DNA of 64,000 nucleotides from Minisyncoccota bacterium. GTDB taxonomy: Bacteria > Patescibacteriota > Microgenomatia > UBA1400 > UBA12028. The notes under the pieces are model-generated. The model did not search any database. It was not told the DNA's origin and saw only the letters and a program-made list of their open reading frames with translations. The translations under genes were made by a program, and so were the position numbers. The DNA lies in NCBI GenBank assembly GCA_016211945.1, contig JACRHV010000004.1:263472-327471 (forward strand), read 5' to 3'. This document shows positions 1-7,782 of this stretch, piece after piece (position 1 is the first letter of the stretch; each line of letters starts with the position of its first letter).

Positions 1-300
1 CGCCACCAAGGCTGTCATGAGTTTTGTGAGCGAGGCCGGATAGAGTTGGACATCGGGGTTTTTCTCATACAAAATCGCGCCGGATTCTACATCAATGACA
101 ATTGCCGCCTTTGCGGTAAGTGCTGATTTGCGTGAATTTTTTGGAACAGGAATTGTTGCTTCTGTTGGAATAGCAATGGGCGATTCTTGGTACTGCGGAA
201 CTCCGGGATGCAGTGTGTACTGCTGAATCGTGTTCCAACCCGGTTGAATCGCTAACAACAATGAAAAGAGCGCGAGTGTAACTTTTTGTTTCCGGTCCAT
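1..300 (-). CDS. D-alanyl-D-alanine carboxypeptidase (peptidase S11), N-terminal part, runs off window
   Basis: Manual translation from ATG 300: MDRKQKVTLALFSLLLAIQ...AKAAIVIDVESGAILYEKNPDVQLYPASLTKLMTALVA; signal/TM segment plus PASLTK (SxxK) motif. Confidence 0.85.
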   Translation of the reverse strand, partial: MDRKQKVTLALFSLLLAIQPGWNTIQQYTLHPGVPQYQESPIAIPTEATIPVPKNSRKSALTAKAAIVIDVESGAILYEKNPDVQLYPASLTKLMTALVA

Positions 301-304
301 GGGT

Positions 305-1714
305 CTATTTTTTCTCCACTTTCTTTATTTGAAGTGCTAACTCATCCAACTGTTCCTGAGTAACCGGTGCTGGTGCATCCATCACTGCGGTACGACCTGT
401 GGAGGTCATTGGAAATGCAATCGCTTCTCTTAATGAAGTTTCGCCGGCAAGAATCATAACGTGCCGATCAAGTCCGAGCGCAATACCACCATGTGGCGGT
501 GTTCCAACCTCAAAAGCCTCGAGCATATGCCCAATGCTCGCTTGAATCTCAGCATCAGAGTATCCCATGGTGCGCATGGTTGCTCGCAACACCTCGGGTT
601 CATGCGCCCGAATACTTCCGCCGCCAGCCTCGTATCCGTTGCACACTAAGTCATATTGCGTTGTTAAAATTTCCCCGGTATGCTCGCCTTTTAAATGCCA
701 TTCCACATGGTCATCAATCGGGCGACTGAATGGATTGTGCGTAAAGGTCCATCCACTCTTTCCATCACGAACTTCAGCAACATCTCCTTTATCAACTTGT
801 TTGAAAAATGGAAATTTTATAACCCAAGCAAAAGCTAGTGTTCCGTCTTTTTTTTCTTCCTCGGTACGCAGGTCAAATTTATCTGCGCCAAATTTTTTGA
901 CTGCATCAGCGTATTCAAATATCGGAAATGTCTCATCTTTAAGTTTTCCGCCAACTGTTTTTATCGCAGTTTTTACCACATCTTCCACGGTTTTCATCAC
1001 GTCTTCTTGCTTCACAAAACTCATTTCCAAATCAAGCTGGGTGAACTCAAATCCGCGGTCAGCGCGCAAGTCTTCATCGCGCATGCATCGTGCAATTTGA
1101 TAGTATCGCTCAACGCCGGCAGTCATAAGAAGTTGTTTGTATTGCTGTGGGCTTTGCGGAAGTGCGTAGAATTTTCCAGGTTGGAATCGCGATGGCACTA
1201 AGAAGTCACGCGCACCTTCTTTTGTAGCTTTTGTAAGGAGTGGTGTTTCCACCTCAACAAATTCTCTTTTATGGAGTTCTTCGCGAATTGCCTGGAAATA
1301 CTTGGAGCGAAGCCGCATGATCTTCTGCATACGCTCTCTGCGAAGATCGAGGTAGCGGTATCGCAGTCGTACTTCCTCGTTTACTTCAAGCCCATCACCC
1401 TCAACCTGTAATGGAAGTTCCTTCGCTTTGTTCAATACCGTGTATTCCTGAACATCAATCTCAACCATTCCTGTCGCGAGTTTCTCGTTGACCATGTTTG
1501 CAGGCCGCTCTTTGATGAGTCCAACAACTTCGAGAACAGACTCTACTGTCAACTCACCCATTTTTTGAAATCCAACGCACTGCACAAAACCTGATCGATC
1601 GCGTAGATCAATAAACGTCAATTTTCCATGGTCGCGTTTTGTTGCTACCCACCCCTGAAGTTTTACTGATTCACCCACGCGTTTTGGTGCCTCACCGATC
1701 ATTGTTCTTTCCAT
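305..1714 (-). CDS. aspS: Aspartate--tRNA ligase (short form lacking GAD domain)
   Basis: RDHG/FIDLRD OB-fold, YRYLDLRR, ALPQSPQ, RDEDLRADR, PPHGGIALGLDR; start moved to ATG 1714 behind GGAGG. Confidence 0.95.
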   Translation of the reverse strand: MERTMIGEAPKRVGESVKLQGWVATKRDHGKLTFIDLRDRSGFVQCVGFQKMGELTVESVLEVVGLIKERPANMVNEKLATGMVEIDVQEYTVLNKAKELPLQVEGDGLEVNEEVRLRYRYLDLRRERMQKIMRLRSKYFQAIREELHKREFVEVETPLLTKATKEGARDFLVPSRFQPGKFYALPQSPQQYKQLLMTAGVERYYQIARCMRDEDLRADRGFEFTQLDLEMSFVKQEDVMKTVEDVVKTAIKTVGGKLKDETFPIFEYADAVKKFGADKFDLRTEEEKKDGTLAFAWVIKFPFFKQVDKGDVAEVRDGKSGWTFTHNPFSRPIDDHVEWHLKGEHTGEILTTQYDLVCNGYEAGGGSIRAHEPEVLRATMRTMGYSDAEIQASIGHMLEAFEVGTPPHGGIALGLDRHVMILAGETSLREAIAFPMTSTGRTAVMDAPAPVTQEQLDELALQIKKVEKK

Positions 1715-1747
1715 AGTTCCTCCTGTTTTTCCTGCGTATTCGGGCAT

Positions 1748-1790
1748 AAAAAAAGCACGATGCCCTTTATCTGCGAAAGGGTCTTCGTGC
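1748..1790 (-). terminator. Intrinsic terminator of the T-box leader
   Basis: GCACGA-AGA-CCCUUU..AAAGGG-CA-UCGUGC followed by 7 U. Confidence 0.85.
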
Positions 1791-1888
1791 CTGAAGACGG
1801 TGCCACCTACTCGTATCTTATTCCAGCTATTTCGGGCTTACCCGATGCGGCTCATCTGGTGTCAACAGCGTCCATACCGCATAACTTC
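1748..1888 (-). ncRNA. T-box riboswitch (transcriptional, Asp specifier, ultra-short Stem I)
   Basis: Antiterminator AGG-UGGCACC-GUCUUC..GAAGAC-CCU (bulge 1805-1799); competing terminator 1790-1755 + U7; Stem I 1882-1845 with GAC in apical loop; directly upstream of aspS. Confidence 0.85.
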
Positions 1889-1895
1889 TGAGGAA

Positions 1896-1923
1896 AGTGT
1901 ACCAAAAATTGGGAGCTTGACAA
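1896..1923 (-). promoter_or_regulatory. Sigma70-type promoter for T-box/aspS
   Basis: TTGTCA-N16-TACACT with extended -10 TG. Confidence 0.65.
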
Positions 1924-1946
1924 GACCCAGTTCCAAGGGGTATCCT
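1917..1946 (+). promoter_or_regulatory. Sigma70-type promoter for leader peptide/attenuated operon
   Basis: TTGACA (1917-1922)-N18-TATCCT (1941-1946). Confidence 0.65.
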
Positions 1947-1956
1947 TCACAAGATC

Positions 1957-2031
1957 ATGAAAAACTGTTGGCATCTCATTACCAATCAATACATTTTTGT
2001 CCTTCGCGGACAGAGAGGTTTGGTGGCGTAG
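1957..2031 (+). CDS. Putative leader peptide (24 aa) MKNCWHLITNQYIFVLRGQRGLVA
   Basis: ATG 10 nt after the -10 box; overlaps attenuator segments 1 and 2. Confidence 0.55.
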   Translation: MKNCWHLITNQYIFVLRGQRGLVA

Positions 2032-2063
2032 ATGCAGTAGATTAGCAGCAGAAACGAAATACC

Positions 2064-2093
2064 AAACCTCCGAAAAGAATCGGAGGTTTTTTT
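2064..2093 (+). terminator. Conditional intrinsic terminator (attenuator)
   Basis: AAACCTCCGA-loop-TCGGAGGTTT + T7; its 5' arm can alternatively pair with 2015-2024. Confidence 0.85.
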
Positions 2094-2120
2094 GTTTCTA
2101 GGGAAAGGAGGAGAAAATAC

Positions 2121-2291
2121 ATGGAGAAAAATAGCGGTCGAGTAGAAATGCCAATGCTTCCAGTGTCGCTCGAGGGTTGGCATGAAGAATCGAATACTAT
2201 AGGTACACAACATATGCAGAAGTATGTGAGTTCTGCATTGCGGATGCGTGCGAGTTTAGAGCGAAAAAATATACAAGAAAAAAGAAAATAA
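2121..2291 (+). CDS. Small hypothetical protein (56 aa)
   Basis: Not in ORF track; AAGGAGG SD; MEKNSGRVEM...NIQEKRK*. Confidence 0.6.
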   Translation: MEKNSGRVEMPMLPVSLEGWHEESNTIGTQHMQKYVSSALRMRASLERKNIQEKRK

Positions 2292-2300
2292 GGAGGAAAG

Positions 2301-2474
2301 ATGAGTAATGAAAAAGACCCCGTACGAGAAGCAGCAATTCAAGCACTAACTTCTCGAGGTATTACACCAGAAGAAATGAGTTCTGACCAATATGAGGCAG
2401 CTGTAAAAAAACAAATGGAAGCAATTAGTATCACAAGTACAGCGGTGAGGTTATTGGCTGGAGCAACAAATTAA
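2301..2474 (+). CDS. Small hypothetical protein (57 aa)
   Basis: Not in ORF track; TAAGGAGG SD overlapping the upstream stop; MSNEKDPVREAAIQALTSRGITPEEM... Confidence 0.7.
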   Translation: MSNEKDPVREAAIQALTSRGITPEEMSSDQYEAAVKKQMEAISITSTAVRLLAGATN

Positions 2475-2487
2475 ACAAAGGAGAACT

Positions 2488-2685
2488 ATGCCAAATTTTG
2501 ATACATTACAACCAGAAAAAGTGGCGGCTATTACAAAAGCGATTAAAAATAAAAATACTGCTTATCTAAATGATGGTGATGGTGATTTATTTATTGCCGT
2601 TTTACGTGGAGAAATAGAACTTCCAGATGTTTCTTCTGCGTTCATTACTACTGCGCGTGAGTGGTATCAATCATTGACTTCTTAG
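2488..2685 (+). CDS. Small hypothetical protein (65 aa)
   Basis: AAGGAG SD, 13-nt spacing to previous ORF. Confidence 0.7.
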   Translation: MPNFDTLQPEKVAAITKAIKNKNTAYLNDGDGDLFIAVLRGEIELPDVSSAFITTAREWYQSLTS

Positions 2686-2696
2686 TCGGAACAAAT

Positions 2697-3053
2697 ATGA
2701 CAGATAAGTTACTCGTTGTTGTTGGCGGTATCCACAATACTGAGGTTCGTAAACTAGGAAATAGTGTATCCGGAAACGTGCTCGTTGACGGAAATTATCG
2801 AGATATTATTCCTAAAATACGAGAAAAAAGACCCCACACCGTTGTCGTTTGCGGTGCATTAATTGCAGTATGTATAGGAAGAATAGCAGAGGCTGCATTA
2901 GAATATGGGTCCAACGTTATTATCGACCTCAAGCACTGTCGTATAGATGAACATGATTCTGGAGATACAAGTAATCTTGACAAAAGACATGCTGAACTCA
3001 ATACCTATTGGCCACATGTTGTTGATGACCAAAATGTACAAATTATTTCCTAA
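2697..3053 (+). CDS. Hypothetical protein, weak isochorismatase/cysteine-hydrolase-like
   Basis: VVVCGALIAVCIGRIAEAALEYGSNVIIDLKHC resembles the isochorismatase G-x5-C segment; ATG 2697. Confidence 0.5.
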   Translation: MTDKLLVVVGGIHNTEVRKLGNSVSGNVLVDGNYRDIIPKIREKRPHTVVVCGALIAVCIGRIAEAALEYGSNVIIDLKHCRIDEHDSGDTSNLDKRHAELNTYWPHVVDDQNVQIIS

Positions 3054-3056
3054 TTC

Positions 3057-4727
3057 TTACTCTATATCCTTCCCAATCATCTGAATTTCTGTCCTTCCAT
3101 TCCACACATTAATCTGCAACATCCCAACAATATCCATTGTCTGTCCAATTCGTAGATCCCGCATCATCCCTGCTTTTCCAAAAAATAGTATTGGGAACTG
3201 CATATCATCGCTCCCACGGACGACAACTTTCAGGTGTTGTTTCTCTTTTCCCATCACCTGCGCATCGAGCAACTTCAGACCGCGAACTGCAAAAAATGGA
3301 GTGGGATTTGCCGAACCAAACGGTTCAAATATTTCTAAAGATTTTACTGTTTCTGCTCGAACAAGCTTCACATCAATCTCGCACTCTACCGGCAGTGTTT
3401 TTACTAATAACTCTTTTCCGATAGTTTCCTTCGCCAACTTTCGCAGTTTTTCTGTAAATATTGCAATATTCTCGTTCAACAATGAGAATCCTGCGGCCAT
3501 TGGGTGACCACCAACGTCGATCAGCTCATCTCGTACTTTTCGCAGCAATTCGGTAATATGAATACCGGCAAGTGAGCGTGCGCTTCCCTTTGCAATTTTC
3601 TCTCTTCGAGAAATCACGATTGCAGGTTTTGCAAAATCCTCAACTAACTTTCCAGCAACCAACCCAATAACTCCTTCATGAAACTCAGTGCTTTCCACGA
3701 TAATAATGTGATCGTCCTGCCAACTTTCTTGATGTTTCCGTGCGAACTCGATCATCGAGGTGGTGAGTGTTTGTCGTTCGATATTCGTGTTCTGCACCTT
3801 GCTCGCGTACATGCGTGCAGTCTCGATCTTCTTGCTACAGAGCATCCGCAGTCCATCTTTTGGATCACCAATGCGTCCCATCGCATTGATGCGTGGCGCG
3901 ATCGCGTAATTAATGGCGTATGTATCAATCAATTCTTTTTGGAGTTGCGCAACCTCGATGAGCATGAGGAGGCCGGGGCGAGTTGTTTTCCGCAGCGCCT
4001 CAATACCAAACTTCGCAAAACTCCTGTTTGCACCCAGAAGGGGAACTTGATCCGCGATAGTAGCGATCGCACAGAGATCGAGCATTGACTCGGCTTTTTT
4101 TGGATTGAGTTCACGCGCGAGCATCCAGCCAACCGTGGTGCCGCAAAGATGCGTTGTGTGGATAATCACATCGGCAACCGGAAAAATAGGAGAAGAGGTC
4201 CGACCTCCTTTTTTTCTCTCTGGTTGGTGGTGATCAGTTAAGATCGTATGAACTCCCGCGGCTTTGAGCCGCGCAAATCCCTCGAGGGCAACGATGCCAT
4301 TATCAACGCTGATGAGGAGGTCCGACCTCTTCGGTGTTTTTTGAGAACCCTCGAGCACTTCATCGAGAGCCACCGGGGATAACCCATATCCATGTCGTTT
4401 TCTGTCTGGAATAAACGGCATCGCCTTTATTCCCATCTCGTACAATGTCTCCCATAACACCGAGGTTCCGCAAATTCCATCACAGTCATAGTCACCAAAA
4501 ACCACAACGTTCCAGTTTTCTCTTTTTGCCTGTTCAATCAGGGAAATTGCTTTCTTCATTTCCTTGGGATCGATACCAACGTCTTTGAGCGTGAGAGAAA
4601 GTGGCGAGGGGGGAGATCGGAACAAGGTCCGACCTCTTTCTTTCACAAGGCCGCGGTTTTCAAACAAAACAGCAGTGAGTTCATCCGCATTTTTCGGCAC
4701 AGTTGGAGACTGTATTTTCCATTGCAT
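3057..4727 (-). CDS. recJ: Single-stranded-DNA-specific exonuclease RecJ
   Basis: GDYDCDG, HGYG, VDNG, TDHH, PRINAMGR, GSARS, GGHPMAAG, EPFGSANP; start MQWK at 4727. Confidence 0.95.
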   Translation of the reverse strand: MQWKIQSPTVPKNADELTAVLFENRGLVKERGRTLFRSPPSPLSLTLKDVGIDPKEMKKAISLIEQAKRENWNVVVFGDYDCDGICGTSVLWETLYEMGIKAMPFIPDRKRHGYGLSPVALDEVLEGSQKTPKRSDLLISVDNGIVALEGFARLKAAGVHTILTDHHQPERKKGGRTSSPIFPVADVIIHTTHLCGTTVGWMLARELNPKKAESMLDLCAIATIADQVPLLGANRSFAKFGIEALRKTTRPGLLMLIEVAQLQKELIDTYAINYAIAPRINAMGRIGDPKDGLRMLCSKKIETARMYASKVQNTNIERQTLTTSMIEFARKHQESWQDDHIIIVESTEFHEGVIGLVAGKLVEDFAKPAIVISRREKIAKGSARSLAGIHITELLRKVRDELIDVGGHPMAAGFSLLNENIAIFTEKLRKLAKETIGKELLVKTLPVECEIDVKLVRAETVKSLEIFEPFGSANPTPFFAVRGLKLLDAQVMGKEKQHLKVVVRGSDDMQFPILFFGKAGMMRDLRIGQTMDIVGMLQINVWNGRTEIQMIGKDIE

Positions 4728-4768
4728 GGACAGCATCATACCAGATTTCGCCATGATATGATTGAGGT

Positions 4769-6118
4769 ATGAGAGACATAAAATTCGCGCTTCCTCCAGC
4801 AGTGCAAAAAATTCTTTCAACGCTTCATACCGCGGGATTTGATGGATATATCGTTGGTGGCGCGGTGCGCGATGTTTTGTTGGACAAACCCGTAAAAGAC
4901 TGGGACTTTACGACCAACGCAACGCCGGAACAAATCCAAAAACTTTTCCCTGACAGTTTTTATGATAACCAGTTTGGTACTGTTGGTATCGCCGGCAAAC
5001 ATCTCAATGATAAAGAAAATCCGGAGGCGGTGTACGAAATTACCACCTACCGTAGTGAAGGTCTCTATACAGATCATCGCCGCCCCGACTCCGTAACTTG
5101 GGGAAAAACGGTGGAGGAGGATCTCCAACGCCGTGATTTTACGATCAATGCGATGGCTCTTGGTGAAAACAAAATTATTGACCCCTATCATGGTCAAGAT
5201 GATATTAAAAATCATGTGATTCGAGCGGTTGGCGATCCAAGCATGCGGTTTCAAGAGGATGCGCTTCGTATGATGCGCGCGGTTCGCATTGGCGCACAGT
5301 TGGGATTTGCGGTTGAACAACTCACTATAGCGGCGATCACACAGAATGCTCATCTCCTTGAACACATTAGCTGGGAACGTATTCGTGATGAGTTTTTGAA
5401 AATCCTCGTTTCTGATTATCCGGAAGAAGGAATTCAACTCCTCGCATCCACCAACCTGTTAAAGCATATTTTGCCGGAACTTTTGGAGTGCCGAGGAGTC
5501 CAACAAGCACACCATCATATTTACGATGTGTGGACACATACGCTCAAAGCGGTAAACACCTGTCCCTCAAAAGATCCTATTGTGAGACTTGCTGTTCTTT
5601 TGCATGACATTGCCAAACCACTGACTGCGGACACGAGTTCTGGTACTGTCACGTTTTATAATCACGAAGTTTTGGGTGCGCGCGTTGCGCGGAAAGTCGC
5701 GGAACGATTCCGACTGTCTAAAAAAGATATTCAGCGCGTATTTATGCTCGTGCGATGGCATATGTTCGTCTACGACCCAAAGGTCACTGACGCGTACATC
5801 CGTCGATTTATCCGGCGGGTGGGAGTCGAGTACATTTCGGACATGATTGCGTTACGCGTGGCGGATCGGGTTGGAAGTGGCGCTACGGCTACAAGTTGGC
5901 GGTTGGAGGAGATGCAAAAACGGATTGAGGGACAGCTCCAAAAAACGTTTTCTATGAATGATATGGCGATTGATGGCAATGACTTGATGAAAGAATTTGG
6001 TTTGAGACCGGGGCCAGAAGTTGGAAAACTATTGAAGATGTTGTTTAAGGATGTCGTGGAGCATCCGGAACATAATACAAAAGAATATTTAATGGAGAAG
6101 GCGAAGAAACTTCTATAG
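4769..6118 (+). CDS. cca: CCA tRNA nucleotidyltransferase with HD domain
   Basis: VGGAVRD, DWD, RRDFTINAM, EDALRMMR, ERIRDE, LLHDIAK. Confidence 0.92.
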   Translation: MRDIKFALPPAVQKILSTLHTAGFDGYIVGGAVRDVLLDKPVKDWDFTTNATPEQIQKLFPDSFYDNQFGTVGIAGKHLNDKENPEAVYEITTYRSEGLYTDHRRPDSVTWGKTVEEDLQRRDFTINAMALGENKIIDPYHGQDDIKNHVIRAVGDPSMRFQEDALRMMRAVRIGAQLGFAVEQLTIAAITQNAHLLEHISWERIRDEFLKILVSDYPEEGIQLLASTNLLKHILPELLECRGVQQAHHHIYDVWTHTLKAVNTCPSKDPIVRLAVLLHDIAKPLTADTSSGTVTFYNHEVLGARVARKVAERFRLSKKDIQRVFMLVRWHMFVYDPKVTDAYIRRFIRRVGVEYISDMIALRVADRVGSGATATSWRLEEMQKRIEGQLQKTFSMNDMAIDGNDLMKEFGLRPGPEVGKLLKMLFKDVVEHPEHNTKEYLMEKAKKLL

Positions 6119-6125
6119 TCCTCAA

Positions 6126-6443
6126 CTATTTCTTCATAAAATAATCTACAAATGCCTTATTAAAATAGCTGAGCATTGCAACCCCCAATTTTGGCAACCT
6201 CAATAGCACTTCATCTAACTCAGCCGCCACTTCAAGAATACTCATTTTGCTTTGAATAAAAATGTTTACCATGCGCAAAGCTGTTCCCGAATCAATTTTA
6301 AATTCTTCAATGAGTAAATTTCGAAATTGATCCCAAGTAAAGCTTTCTAACTTGACATTTACCCTTTGTCTTACTGCTTCAATTCTGTCTGTATGTGAAG
6401 AATATGTGTGTTCGCCCGCCATTTCAATTATCTTGTTTGTCAT
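6126..6443 (-). CDS. Hypothetical protein (orphan, helical)
   Basis: 105-aa ORF with TAAGGAGG SD. Confidence 0.65.
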   Translation of the reverse strand: MTNKIIEMAGEHTYSSHTDRIEAVRQRVNVKLESFTWDQFRNLLIEEFKIDSGTALRMVNIFIQSKMSILEVAAELDEVLLRLPKLGVAMLSYFNKAFVDYFMKK

Positions 6444-6451
6444 ATGCCTCC

Positions 6452-6811
6452 TTAATTTGTCGTCTCTTTTGGATGTATTTTTTCATAATATGCATTGACA
6501 ACTCGAACAAGCGTATTTCTCAACGTTGCATCCCAAGCAACATCATCTTCATTCATTGCAAAGAGATCGACGAGTGAAAACGTTTGCATTTGCATAAACT
6601 GTACAACTGCTCGAATTTCATCATCTGTGAACGTACCATCTAATGTTTGTCTCAGCTCTGTAAAAGCAGTGCGAGCGTGTTTATCTGTAATTTCCGATAA
6701 ATACGCAGTTACTATTGGTTTTTTCGGATGTCCATTAAAAAGAACATAAATCTCCCCTGTATTTCCTGACTGATCTAACGGGAGACCTACCGCTTTTACA
6801 ATATCTTTCAT
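6452..6811 (-). CDS. Hypothetical protein (orphan)
   Basis: GGAGG SD before ATG 6811; TACAAT -10 at 6900-6895. Confidence 0.65.
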   Translation of the reverse strand: MKDIVKAVGLPLDQSGNTGEIYVLFNGHPKKPIVTAYLSEITDKHARTAFTELRQTLDGTFTDDEIRAVVQFMQMQTFSLVDLFAMNEDDVAWDATLRNTLVRVVNAYYEKIHPKETTN

Positions 6812-6900
6812 ATGAGTCTCCTCCAATACCGAAATCGAACAAATGCAACAGGAAAAAATGTTCTCACATCAATCCTTTCAGGACAGACAACCGCATTGTA

Positions 6901-7782
6901 TCACTTCCGTCTTTTCCGGACAAACGCATCCCACACGACTAACAACGGTGCCGCAGTAAAGGTTGAGGAGTACGTTCCTGTTACTGTTCCCACCAACAAC
7001 GCGAACACAAACCACTGAATTGTGTTTCCTCCAAACAACCACAGCACAAAAAGCATAAAAATAATGGTCATGGAGTTGTTAATGGATCGTGACATTGTTT
7101 CTGTCACCGCAGTATCAACCAAATCAATATACGGTTTCCCCGTGTTCCTGCGACGAAGTTCGCGGATACGATCGTAGACCACAATCGTATCGTGCACACT
7201 GAACGACAGAATCGTCAAAACTGCCGTGACAAACAAGACATCAACCTCAACATGCATAAAGTGCCCAAGCAAACTGAATACGCCAAACAACACAAGTGAG
7301 TCGTGGAACATTGCTAATACCGCGCACACCCCATACTTCAATTCACTAAAGCGGTAGGCGACATAGAGTGTGATACCGCTTGCAGACAGTAACATCGCGA
7401 TCAATGTTTTCACAAGAAGTTCTCGACCTAAAACTGGCCCCACCGTTTCAAATCTCGTTTCTTTCACCTCAGCGAATGATTGTCTCAATTTCTCCATTGC
7501 GGCATCTTTTTTTGTCGTATCAATGGGTTTTGCTTTCAATAAAATGCTTTTGTCAACAATTCGAATTTCTGAAATATCCAAACTCTCCCCAAAACCCTTT
7601 CGTATCTCATCTTCAGAAACCGCTTGTCCATCTTTTGGTTCTACAAGAACTTGCAACTCCGTTCCACCGGTAAAATCGATACTTGGCCGAAGACCATACA
7701 ACGTTAAAGAAATAAATCCCGGGATAATCACCAATCCAGAAATCAAAAAATAGAGCCATGTAAATCGCATAAATCGAATCAT
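6901..7782 (-). CDS. secF: Protein translocase subunit SecF
   Basis: SIDFTGG, ETVGP, FHD, SVHDTIVVYDRIRE, GTYSS. Confidence 0.95.
   Translation of the reverse strand: MIRFMRFTWLYFLISGLVIIPGFISLTLYGLRPSIDFTGGTELQVLVEPKDGQAVSEDEIRKGFGESLDISEIRIVDKSILLKAKPIDTTKKDAAMEKLRQSFAEVKETRFETVGPVLGRELLVKTLIAMLLSASGITLYVAYRFSELKYGVCAVLAMFHDSLVLFGVFSLLGHFMHVEVDVLFVTAVLTILSFSVHDTIVVYDRIRELRRRNTGKPYIDLVDTAVTETMSRSINNSMTIIFMLFVLWLFGGNTIQWFVFALLVGTVTGTYSSTFTAAPLLVVWDAFVRKRRK

Noticed and set aside
567-1100. Long antisense ORFs within conserved genes (e.g. 567-1100, 4817-5437, 38012-38524)
   Set aside because: Shadow ORFs opposite well-supported genes, with no motifs or initiation signals.
2021-2029. TGG TGG CGT (WWR) resembling the E. 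coli trpL leader, near IFVLRG
   Set aside because: It is out of frame with the ATG-initiated leader and that frame has no stop before the terminator. Stalling there would block rather than favour the antiterminator.
1800-2213. ORF-track entries 1800-2045 (+) and 1986-2213 (-)
   Set aside because: They overlap the T-box, promoters and attenuator; better explained as chance ORFs.
6836-6866. Degenerate GAAC-N4-GTTC-like (LexA) sites upstream of the orphan pair
   Set aside because: Only mismatched matches, and no similar box is seen upstream of recA.
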